Part shown: positions 17,595-27,500 of the stretch, piece by piece
Numbering within the stretch: position 1 is the first letter of the stretch
Layout of the letters: each line of letters starts with the position of its first letter
Source of the DNA: a virus
Taxonomy: Duplodnaviria; Caudoviricetes
Length of the DNA: 64,000 nucleotides
Reading direction: 5' to 3' (one strand)
Virus record (IMG/VR): IMGVR_UViG_3300042318_001133
Coordinates: 15,562-79,561 of that record
The notes under the pieces: generated by a model
What the model saw: only the letters and a program-made list of their open reading frames with translations
What the model was told of the DNA's origin: nothing
The model's database searches: none
Translations under genes and position numbers: made by a program

Positions 17595-18019
17595 TGCGCG
17601 TAAACTCCTTTAATTATCGTTAAAATTGCCTTTTCACCAGCCGGAACCACCACATTGCTAATCACAAGCGAAGCAATAGCATCACAGTTAATTACTTGAA
17701 ATTGAGACATATTGCCAATGTTTTGTCCTGCATAAACAAAATGCAGTCTTCGAGGATCTGGCCTATCTGCAGGCGTAGCGACGTATTTATTACATTGAAT
17801 ATGGATGAATGATGCATTCGACGTATCGATTGTCTTTGTAAATGCCGCACCCGTCGTAGCGTCTAATGTATATGTTTGACGATCAGTATTCAATACTTTA
17901 AATCCTGCAGCGATACTTGCAACCGAATCACTTCCCGCAATATTGTTGTTAGTGATTGCTGAATTGTCCAACGCCTCCAAAGAAACTGTTGTGATTTTAC
18001 TAACTATTTGAGTTTCCAT
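17591..18019 (-). CDS. putative virion protein (142 aa)
   Basis: Beta-rich, coupled to neighbours. Confidence 0.55.
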   Translation of the reverse strand: METQIVSKITTVSLEALDNSAITNNNIAGSDSVASIAAGFKVLNTDRQTYTLDATTGAAFTKTIDTSNASFIHIQCNKYVATPADRPDPRRLHFVYAGQNIGNMSQFQVINCDAIASLVISNVVVPAGEKAILTIIKGVYAQ

Positions 18020-18025
18020 ATGAAA

Positions 18026-20536
18026 TTATAATTGTGGTTGTGGATATGTAATTGAACCTCCAGGACCTCCATTTCCGCCAGGGAAAGGTACTCGCTGCAT
18101 AAAGCCCAAAATAATATATGCCGGTCTATTCTCATGATAGTCTGCAGCGTCTATAGCTGCACTATTGCTGACTGCAATCGATCCGTTAATGGCTGGATTT
18201 GAGTTTGGATTTCCAGAGACTTGTGAGTTTGCATCTCCACTACCGTCGCCTGGATTATTTGCAACAATCTCACCACTACCACTATCTACCGAAATTTGTC
18301 TTATTATAACAGTGTGTGTGTGGTTGGGTAAAGTCAATGTGTGTGAGACTGGATGTGAGTGTGCCTGCACGCCAGATTGCCCTGCTGTTAATTTATATGA
18401 ACTTGATCCGTGAGAACCTCCAATGCCATCAAATTCCGAAGTCGCAACTGTGCCGTAATTTCCGTCTCGTACTGTGCCGTAATTTGAACCTGCAATAAAG
18501 CGTTCACGTAAATCGTGAGTACCGTTACTTCCATTACATAAAGCCCATCCTAAATACTCGTCAGAAACTCCTTTCCCTGTATTGTCGAAATTCACATCTA
18601 CAGCTAAATCAACCTCAGTACTGAAGTTTTCAATTGCTCCTAATCGTGAAGTGTCAGACTCTACCAACCAAGCCCTCCATACACCATCTACAAATCGACA
18701 ATCAAATACCAACTGTTTGCGTGGCATTTTCATATAATCAAGATCTGTTGGAGTAAAGTAGTGTAAAATGGTTCCTGGAGTTCCTGGATTCACATATCCG
18801 GTATTGAATGTTATTCCATAACCACCCGGCGTTACATTAACATCGAAGATGATTGTAAATTGATTGCCATTAGAAGCTCCTGCCGGATCTAAGTTATAGA
18901 CATGATTCGTAGATAGACTGATCGCTCCAGTAATAACTTGTATGGCATTATTTGTACCGACAATTAAATTCTGTACCGGATTGGCGTTATTGATCGTGAT
19001 TGTCGTCCCTCCAAATAAATCTCCAGTCAAGATGGTATCTTGAAATTGCGCATAATTATTTGCATTGGCAGTCAATTTGATATATCCCGCAGCCAAGGTT
19101 CCTGGAGTCGTGTAAGGTACACGAACTCGATCGAGACTGTTAGCATTCAATATACCATTAATGTCGAAAGAAGATTCATCGTAATATCCAACAATATCTG
19201 TCGGCAAAGCTTTCCATTCTGAATACTCATTTAAACGTTTATATCGCCATTGAATATTGTATAGATAAGTCGATCCCGCTGCAACTGGTACAAGTAACCA
19301 TTCAGTAGTAAAAGCATCCTTAACTGGCGCCAACTTTCGACTGCGCGTATGTTCAATAACGGTTCCCGTAGAATTTGGTCCAAATTGGAATTCAATCTCT
19401 TCAACATCGGGTACGATTACAATTTCACGACCCGCACCATAAGCGTCGCTTGGATTTAAGATATCGAGAAATAAATTAATATCTGCACCCGTTTTAGTGC
19501 TACTAATTATTTTTCTCCAAACACCCTTTTCGTCATAAACAAGCCATCCATTAAAGTCTCCCGTAGTGAAATCTGAAGTTGACTTAAATCGTCCACCTAA
19601 ACCTGCATTGATTGTTAGTTTACGTAAAGATGTGTCATATGTAAAGTTAGAAGATCTGAATCCCCAACCTATTTTAATTTGATTCTTCTCCTTGGTTCCT
19701 TGAGTGTGATCATATCGAATCTCTTCTATACCAATTAACGTATTGTTTGCCTTATCGACCGTAGAAATAGCCTTATCTGCTTGGGTTTTCCAGACATTTG
19801 ATCGCTTATCTTGAATTTCAACAATTCCCGATACAGAACGTACTCTGGCAACTAAAAATTGATAGTTTGCCGTTGTAGATGGAGGAGTGTTTACTACAGT
19901 CTCTGCTACAATATCAAACTGACATGCGTCATATTGAAATGGATATTGATCAATACTCGATGGAGTATGTCCTGGAGTAAATGTTCCAAAAACAGCGTAA
20001 CTTAATGTATTTTCTGCTTGAAAAACACCCGACAAAACCGCACTCGTGTCGTTAATTACCTCTACGACATCGTATTGTAATGTATTTAAACTTGCTCCAC
20101 TGAAAGTAATTCTTGCAGGGAAGTTGGGTTGACCTCTCAGTACTTCAGTAAATTTCGTACCGATTCCGGTCAAATTACCTGCCGTATCAATACTTACAGT
20201 ACCAACCTCTATTGGCGAGAATTTGTGACTAACACGAATCCAATACCACGCCGAGTTGTTAGTGATTGCAATATTATCTTGAGCTGTCTTATATAAAACA
20301 TTCCCATCAGCATTAATTGCGAAAGAATTTACTGGAACTTTGATAGTTGACGAGTTCGTTCCTGCTTCAATCCTAAAAGCATTGAATGACGGATCACTTG
20401 CTTGATGTACAATTCCAAAATCGGCAGTATTTTGTAAAAGGTTACGTTTAAATCCCTCATCTACTGTAAATTTCCATTGACGGTTGAGTTCTTGTGAACC
20501 TAAAAATAACTGATTACTGTACTTTAATTTTGACAT
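18026..20536 (-). CDS. baseplate-associated tail fibre with tail-collar domain
   Basis: GWALCNGSNGTHDLRERFIAG collar motif; HSH, HTH and HENRP His motifs as in short tail fibres. Confidence 0.75.
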   Translation of the reverse strand: MSKLKYSNQLFLGSQELNRQWKFTVDEGFKRNLLQNTADFGIVHQASDPSFNAFRIEAGTNSSTIKVPVNSFAINADGNVLYKTAQDNIAITNNSAWYWIRVSHKFSPIEVGTVSIDTAGNLTGIGTKFTEVLRGQPNFPARITFSGASLNTLQYDVVEVINDTSAVLSGVFQAENTLSYAVFGTFTPGHTPSSIDQYPFQYDACQFDIVAETVVNTPPSTTANYQFLVARVRSVSGIVEIQDKRSNVWKTQADKAISTVDKANNTLIGIEEIRYDHTQGTKEKNQIKIGWGFRSSNFTYDTSLRKLTINAGLGGRFKSTSDFTTGDFNGWLVYDEKGVWRKIISSTKTGADINLFLDILNPSDAYGAGREIVIVPDVEEIEFQFGPNSTGTVIEHTRSRKLAPVKDAFTTEWLLVPVAAGSTYLYNIQWRYKRLNEYSEWKALPTDIVGYYDESSFDINGILNANSLDRVRVPYTTPGTLAAGYIKLTANANNYAQFQDTILTGDLFGGTTITINNANPVQNLIVGTNNAIQVITGAISLSTNHVYNLDPAGASNGNQFTIIFDVNVTPGGYGITFNTGYVNPGTPGTILHYFTPTDLDYMKMPRKQLVFDCRFVDGVWRAWLVESDTSRLGAIENFSTEVDLAVDVNFDNTGKGVSDEYLGWALCNGSNGTHDLRERFIAGSNYGTVRDGNYGTVATSEFDGIGGSHGSSSYKLTAGQSGVQAHSHPVSHTLTLPNHTHTVIIRQISVDSGSGEIVANNPGDGSGDANSQVSGNPNSNPAINGSIAVSNSAAIDAADYHENRPAYIILGFMQRVPFPGGNGGPGGSITYPQPQL

Positions 20537-20583
20537 TTTAGAAAAATTTTAATAAAAATACTCTGTTTATTCGATACACGCTA

Positions 20584-22368
20584 CTATGACCTCCAATAGT
20601 ATCTTGTCTCATTGTAACGACTCAAGTCTGCCTCCTTATCTCCAGTCAATGTACTGTTTGTTGGTATTGCATTGAATGTTGAATTGTATGGGATAAAATA
20701 ATATCGCAACATATCTTCAATTTGCTGTTGCGTGTACTCGTTATTGTTATTGTGTAGCCAGATATTAATCCACCTATTCAGATTCAAAAAAGATGTACCA
20801 TAGGGCGTCTTTAATGGACGCATTGCAAAGTCTGTGATTCGTATTTCGCCAACGTTTCCGGTATCGCAAAGTAGTGTAGGGAAACAGTGACACGCTCCAG
20901 GATAATATGTAAAGTTTGCGGGACCGTTGATTAGATTTTGACCCAGATTGATATTCAGCATTTTTTGCTGAGAAATCATCGACTGAGTATATAGTCCAAA
21001 TACAATTCCGCGAACTAAATACCATCTACCATGCTCAGTAAAATCATTAACTTGGGCTTCAAATAAGAAGTTGTTTAATGTAGATCCAGAGCTTATGTTT
21101 CCATCTGCTTTTAACATTTGCAAGGGACCTATACCGCTCTCTGTATATGAATAGAATGAAAAATCTAATTTAGGTGCACCTGAGACTGCTTTTATCATGA
21201 AAGTGATCTCATAATCCATGCACGGATCGTAAACGATTCCTAACGGTGCATTTGCCGGCGAAACAACAGCTCCCGCTGCAGCTAAACCAATACCAGACTT
21301 TACTCCCGCTCCGGTATTTTGAATTCGAATTGCAGATATTGCCTTACCGCCATTGTCGGTATCTGAAATTACAGCCAAATGACTTGATTGTACTGTAGGA
21401 CATTCCGTCAAATCAATAGGAATAGGTAAATCCGCTAATAAGCCCGACTTTCGAAAGTATCCCTTATTGACGTTTGCATGACTATGTAATCCGGTAAATA
21501 GAGGACTGCAACTATTAACGTTCCATCCTGCATTTTGAGATTCTGTTAAGCTGAATATAAATTCATCACACACACGATGACATATCATTCGCAAAACCTC
21601 TCCATCGACCTCTTTTATTCGACCTCCACTTAGAGTGGTGCCCTTTTCAATCACCATCAACTGCAAACCTCTTTGTCTCATTTCATCCCAAAAGTGATTC
21701 AACAAATGAAGCAGATCTAAATGCTCAGTATCTGTGCAATTAAACATTCCTCTATTGCGTAGATATTTATGTAATAGGAAGTCGTTATTTTGAAAAGTCT
21801 CAAAAGTTCGAGCATATTTCACAAACAATGAAAAGTAGCAAGAAATAGTTCTCCAGAAATCTAAATAATCTCTGTCAGATGAGTTGAGATTAGACATAGA
21901 ACCTCTCGTAATGTATTGAGGAACTATTCCCGACTGATAGAGCTTTTCAAGGACATTTAAACACCAAGTCATTACTTCAATATCTAAACAATTAAAGAAT
22001 TGATTAAATACACTTGCCTCATATGCAGGACCACATTCGTGAGGTTGTTGTGTTGCTCCTAAAGTAACGCTATCAAATTGCAAATCTCCATTGGGATCTC
22101 CGACACGAGTATATCGATACTCAACCATAAAAACACTCGTAGGGTCAACTACAACCGCTTGAACATTGAGTAGCGTTAATGGCGCCCACGTACTCCAATT
22201 AATTCCATCGATTGAATATCGAAAGGTTTTATCGAAATATCGCGTAACAGTTTCTCCAACTACTGCATCTGTAAAATCGGTAAGTGCCAATAGTCCTACT
22301 ATTGGCACATCCGCTTTAATGGAAATTACGTCACCTACTTCCGTAGATATATTGGCAACTATCGCCAT
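20584..22368 (-). CDS. putative baseplate wedge/tail protein (594 aa)
   Basis: Position among baseplate and fibre genes; beta-rich C-terminus. Confidence 0.55.
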   Translation of the reverse strand: MAIVANISTEVGDVISIKADVPIVGLLALTDFTDAVVGETVTRYFDKTFRYSIDGINWSTWAPLTLLNVQAVVVDPTSVFMVEYRYTRVGDPNGDLQFDSVTLGATQQPHECGPAYEASVFNQFFNCLDIEVMTWCLNVLEKLYQSGIVPQYITRGSMSNLNSSDRDYLDFWRTISCYFSLFVKYARTFETFQNNDFLLHKYLRNRGMFNCTDTEHLDLLHLLNHFWDEMRQRGLQLMVIEKGTTLSGGRIKEVDGEVLRMICHRVCDEFIFSLTESQNAGWNVNSCSPLFTGLHSHANVNKGYFRKSGLLADLPIPIDLTECPTVQSSHLAVISDTDNGGKAISAIRIQNTGAGVKSGIGLAAAGAVVSPANAPLGIVYDPCMDYEITFMIKAVSGAPKLDFSFYSYTESGIGPLQMLKADGNISSGSTLNNFLFEAQVNDFTEHGRWYLVRGIVFGLYTQSMISQQKMLNINLGQNLINGPANFTYYPGACHCFPTLLCDTGNVGEIRITDFAMRPLKTPYGTSFLNLNRWINIWLHNNNNEYTQQQIEDMLRYYFIPYNSTFNAIPTNSTLTGDKEADLSRYNETRYYWRS

Positions 22369-22377
22369 ATCGAGTTT

Positions 22378-22878
22378 TTATTTTAAAATTTCATACTCAA
22401 GCAATATTGCTATTGCATCTCCACCGATTTGAGTAGATGGATCTTCCAAGATTTGCTCTAATGTCAAAGTCTCGTAACTTTCAGATTTCTCACTCGTTAA
22501 TTTAACTTTCACTTTTCGGTTCAAGTCTTCTTGATGAAGAGCGATCTCAACTTCGCGATCATTTAACTCAGTCAATGCATCGAAGAATTCTTTCTCTTCT
22601 TCTTCACTACCGTATTCAAACCACTCATAAGGAACGACCTGCATTTTCGGTAAAAATTCAACGAATTGTTCTTTTATAACATTTTCACCCTTATCGTCAA
22701 CCAACACACTCTTTTTATGAAGAGCATCTTTCTCTTCAGTGTAAGCCTCATATTGAGGTTCGATCGATTTTAAGTTTCTTGCGATTGTAAACTTCATCGG
22801 CAACGTTAAAGTTGCTAAGTGTTTTAATACTGCAAATAATCCTGTCAATTTTTTGTTACTGATACTAACGTGTTTCAT
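22378..22878 (-). CDS. acidic helical protein, DUF1617-like, possible fibre chaperone
   Basis: LPMKFTIARNLKSIEPQYEAYTEEKDAL pattern typical of small tail-region proteins. Confidence 0.45.
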   Translation of the reverse strand: MKHVSISNKKLTGLFAVLKHLATLTLPMKFTIARNLKSIEPQYEAYTEEKDALHKKSVLVDDKGENVIKEQFVEFLPKMQVVPYEWFEYGSEEEEKEFFDALTELNDREVEIALHQEDLNRKVKVKLTSEKSESYETLTLEQILEDPSTQIGGDAIAILLEYEILK

Positions 22879-22958
22879 TTTTACTGTTTTTTATTTAACG
22901 ATTTATAATTGATCTAAAATTCACAATCTTCTCTGTAAATCAAACAAGAAAGACCTAA

Positions 22959-24095
22959 TTAAAATATATTCACCTCTTTCGATAATACCGCCCTCGCATT
23001 TACTTGGCATTGAAAATTCAATTTCAAGACAGTATCGTTTCTTGCTGGAGGAGCATATGCAATTCCATTTGAATAAAGAACAGCACTCGACCATTTTGCA
23101 GATCCAGAAAAAGATCCAAATTCTTCAACTGTACCATAAGTTGGATTGATTTTTAGTATCGTCGTAGCTGTATGTGGAATTCCATAAATACATCCATCTG
23201 GACCTAAGAAACCACCCCTCCATTTTAATGTAGATGCAGAAACTGTACCGATACTTCTCGACGTACCATTTAACGGATCGTATTCAAGAACTGCCGTAGC
23301 AGAGCTTGGAATGAAGTAAATCTTACCGTTTGGAGCTAAAACTCCACCCTTCCAGTGTGAATTTGAACTACCTGGAGACGTAGCAACTGCTGAAGATCTG
23401 AAAGTTTTATTGACTGGATCGATGATTCCAACAGATGTTGTATTTGTAAAAGGAATGCAATAAATGAGTCCATCGGGACCAACAACTGCTGACTCATATA
23501 GCCGATTACCCGAATCTCCAAAATAACCGGTAGTGTCATTTGCTGGATCTATCCAAGTACACTGACCTGAAGAAGCATCGCATGGAATTCCAATAATAAG
23601 TCCATCGTGTGAGCAAATTGATACGCCAAAGTAACCACTTATAGTTGGAGTAACTAACGTTGCCGTCTTTTTATATGGATCAATCTTCAGCCAATTAGAA
23701 GCGTTATCTGGTGCTGCATAAATCATTCCATTAGGAGCCAAAGCACCACCTCTCCATTTTCCGGTTGTTGCTGACAATGAACCAAAAGATACGTAAGTAT
23801 CTGTAATTGGATCATATTCTTTTATGGTAGTCTCAGAATCTGGAATGAAGTAAATCTTCCCATTTGGATGAATAACTGCATTAGAATATCCATCCGATAC
23901 TGTAGACATAGCTACAGTACTTGCAATAGGATATGCTAATCTCTCTCCACCACTTGACGTGCCATAAGCCATATCTTGTGGAGATGTAATGAGATCGAGA
24001 GTTGTCATTGGATTAGTTTGCATATCCCAACGAAAATCGCCCTGCATACTTGTTCCAGATAACACTTGAGGATATCCTGGAGTCATATCTGCCAT
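22959..24095 (-). CDS. beta-propeller protein, candidate receptor-binding tip
   Basis: About six repeats of (G/A)x(L/V)x(P)(N/D)GxIYx(I/A)P, e.g. HPNGKIYFIP, APNGMIYAAP, GPDGLIYCIP, APNGKIYFIP, GPDGCIYGIP. Confidence 0.75.
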   Translation of the reverse strand: MADMTPGYPQVLSGTSMQGDFRWDMQTNPMTTLDLITSPQDMAYGTSSGGERLAYPIASTVAMSTVSDGYSNAVIHPNGKIYFIPDSETTIKEYDPITDTYVSFGSLSATTGKWRGGALAPNGMIYAAPDNASNWLKIDPYKKTATLVTPTISGYFGVSICSHDGLIIGIPCDASSGQCTWIDPANDTTGYFGDSGNRLYESAVVGPDGLIYCIPFTNTTSVGIIDPVNKTFRSSAVATSPGSSNSHWKGGVLAPNGKIYFIPSSATAVLEYDPLNGTSRSIGTVSASTLKWRGGFLGPDGCIYGIPHTATTILKINPTYGTVEEFGSFSGSAKWSSAVLYSNGIAYAPPARNDTVLKLNFQCQVNARAVLSKEVNIF

Positions 24096-24113
24096 AATCT
24101 AATTATTTATAGA

Positions 24114-24533
24114 TTAATAATCACCTCCATGTGCCGTGAAATCAACAAGATCTTGTGCACCCGCATAAACAGTTTGAACGCACTTTAAAAGTTGCCCACT
24201 TTTCAATAACAATCCTCCTGGGAATGTAATGGTACCAGACGCTCCAACTACGGTATTTGAACGTGTAGCTGCGGCAAGTAAAACTTCAGAACGTAGACGT
24301 GGATTCGCTCCCGAAATATCGGTCACGAAAATCTTACACGACATTGCAGATGAAGCTGCTGCGGTAGCTTGTGAATTTACAATAGTAATATAATCAACAC
24401 GAGAACCATTTGATCCTGCAGTAAATAGTGTAGTTAAAACTCCAGAACCGTCAGATGCTGTGTTTGCTGCTCCTGGTCTTGCTTGACCTACGTTTGGAAC
24501 TTGTACAAAAATTGGTGTTGCTGTAACTGCCAT
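24114..24533 (-). CDS. small beta-sandwich fibre-associated/adaptor protein
   Basis: MAVTATPIFVQVP N-terminus; Ala/Gly/Thr-rich; between long fibre and propeller. Confidence 0.55.
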   Translation of the reverse strand: MAVTATPIFVQVPNVGQARPGAANTASDGSGVLTTLFTAGSNGSRVDYITIVNSQATAAASSAMSCKIFVTDISGANPRLRSEVLLAAATRSNTVVGASGTITFPGGLLLKSGQLLKCVQTVYAGAQDLVDFTAHGGDY

Positions 24534-24551
24534 GATTTTTTATTTTTTAGA

Positions 24552-27500
24552 TTATTTGAAATTGTTAAACATATAAATATTTGCTCCTGCAGAAGATCCA
24601 CCTCCTCCACCACCTCCACCTGCAGTGACAAGTGTGTTGATTAAGACTTTTTTGTGAAGATTCGCTGAAGCATCGTACGTAGCAACGTAATCATTTGCAC
24701 CATCAGGCGTTGAATCTGTCGTCAAACTGTTTATCGTTCCCCAAGCGGCATATCCACTCGCATCCGATAAAAGGAAGTGTCCTGCAGCCTGATTTCCGTC
24801 AAGAATCTTCAATGCATAATTCGATGCTCCTCCAGATGCTTCAAATTGACCACCGATATTGACTCCCGTACCGGCCGTCGTTGAAAGACCACTAACACCT
24901 ACATTGAAGTTGGTGTTGCCACCTGCCGTACCTGCAACTCCAATATTGGAAGTTCCGCTTGATACTCCTATCGACTCTCCCGTTACTCCGGTAGATTGAA
25001 ATGCTGTTGTATTCGTTGCTCTAAATAATGCTCCCGATCTGTAATATGCTGCAGTCTTCAACTCCAATGCAAAGATTGGCAAACCTGACCCTCCAGATAT
25101 TGTTGGAGTTGAGTCGATCATTAATGTTTGTGTATTGTGGAAAAGTTGACCACCTCCCAAAATACTCCATCTTAGATCGTTTGAAGTTCCTCCAGTTGCA
25201 GTTGTCGATATCTCCATTTTCACACCTCCAGCGCCCGCAGCAACGTGCGTTGCTGTTGCTATTACAGAAATCAATGCCTGATTTGAACCTCCAATAGTGT
25301 TATAGAATGTTGATCCGATAATGTCATTCGCTATAACTGCAGTTGTACCTGCTCTATAGCGATTAAATGTTTGGATTGGATACATTGAATCAGATATTGT
25401 CGTCGATTGAAACAATGCAGTTGTTGATGTGTTATATATCGTAATCGTACCGTCTGAGATTCTTGTAGATGCTAAATTCGATGCACTATCTTTAATCCAT
25501 ATAGAATTGCTTCCTAAACTTCCAGTTGAGTATAGAATGTTTTCTACTCCACCTACTGCATCTGGCCCGTCCCATAAAGTAACTTGTCCATTTAAACCCG
25601 TTCCAGTCAATAGTCCAGAAACATCGCCAGCAGAAATAGCTGCCCATTCTGCTGTACCGTTATTATCTATTGATTTTAAGAACTTTCCAGTACCTTCAGT
25701 TCTACTATCTTGAAATTGACCTATGTAAGACTCTCCTGCACCTGCATTTAAAGCATATACAAGGATTCCGTAATTATTTCCAGCATGTGATTCGGTAGCA
25801 TATCCTACGATTGCAGTCGCTTTCTGACCACTATTCGTTCCAGCAATACCAAAAAGACCTATTTGCTGAGCTGCAAGTGAAGGGTTAGCATAAGTTCCCG
25901 CTCCACCAAACATTCCATACTGAATAGATCCGGCCACTGCACCAGTTGCCTTGCCATGAATACCTATCTGATGTATTGCTGTAGTTGAGGATGTGTTGGC
26001 TCCAAAGATCGCAGCTCCAAATGAATTTGTCGTTGCAGTTACTGATTTGATTCCATACGTATTTGTACCTCCCGCAACATTGAACATTACCTGGGTAACT
26101 AAGTTACCTACACCAACAGTCGTTCCATCGTCAACCAATAAACTATCCCCCAAAGTCGTTGAAGTGATCCATTTAGAGACTGAATTGATAGTTCCAGATC
26201 CACCAACTGCACCTACGTCAGATGCAGATAAAACCTTCCAATCCGCCAATCCATTAACGTTGATTGCAGATAAGACTGCTCCCACTACTGCTGTCGTTGG
26301 TAATCCGTCTAAACGAACACCTCCTCCGTCAGTATAAATTGCATAGTTTGCAGTTGCTCCACTCGCCTTAAAGTAACCTCCAACATTCAATGTACCTGCA
26401 CCAGATGTTGTTGATTTAATTCCATAAAAAGTATGTCCTGCTTGATTTGTACCATCTGCAAGGAAACTGATATCTTCGTTCGCTCCTGCAGTTGAATAAG
26501 ATGAGGTATTGACCAATCCTGCGAATGCAACGTTTCCATTAGAATTGTTCATTGCCCAGTTGACCTGACCAACGTTTGTACCAGTCGCTCTCGTTCCCGT
26601 TGCTGCAAATTGAGCACCGTAACTTATAAGAGTGCTTGCATAGGTATTGATATGAACCATCCCATACTGAACTGCACTTGTAGAGTTGATTGCAACCGTA
26701 CTATCTACTGCAGATCCAAATCCTAAAACAGATCCATTGTCGCGAATAAGACTATCTCCAAGATTTGTGGTAGTCGTCCATCTCGCCAACTTACCTGCTG
26801 TTCCTGATCCAGTTAAAGATGCACCTGCAGAAGCAGCCCAATAAGCGTTTCCATCTAAATCGGAAGTAAGAACATATCCTGCAGCTTGATTTCCGTCGAT
26901 GATTTTCATTGCAAAATGATCTCCAGCACCTGCATTGGCTGCTTCGATGATCAATCCATAGTTGCGTAAGGTTGTTGTAGATTTTGAACCAAAATAACCT
27001 GCTGTATTGTTTGTAGCTGCACCGCCTGCAAATCCTACAATACCGACATTTGATCCAATTAAAGCTGCCGTCGTTGATGTGGTTGGATCGACAGGCCCCG
27101 CATAAGCGTAATGTGCAATGTTTTGTAGCGATGAATTAGTAGCTGCCGCTCTTAACCCCTCGTTAATGTTTGTATTTATTGATTCATTTACAAAATACCC
27201 AGCTCTATGTCTTGTTGTTGCACTAACATCACCTACATATCCGTATATTGCATTAACAAAAGTTTCGTCTGTATTGGAAGATAAGAATAAGCTCGTTGCC
27301 GATGCAGCTCCTCCAATTGCAATAGATCCAGCCGTAGCGTGTTGAATGAAGGCAGAGTCGCCAACTTCTTTAGATCCAGTCCATTTTGTTAGTTTATGTA
27401 AAGTACCTCCCGTTCCTCCTTGATCTGTAACCGTACCAAGTCCAACTTCAGTCGAGAATCCAATATTTCCATTTGAATCTAATACTTTTAAATAAAGTCC

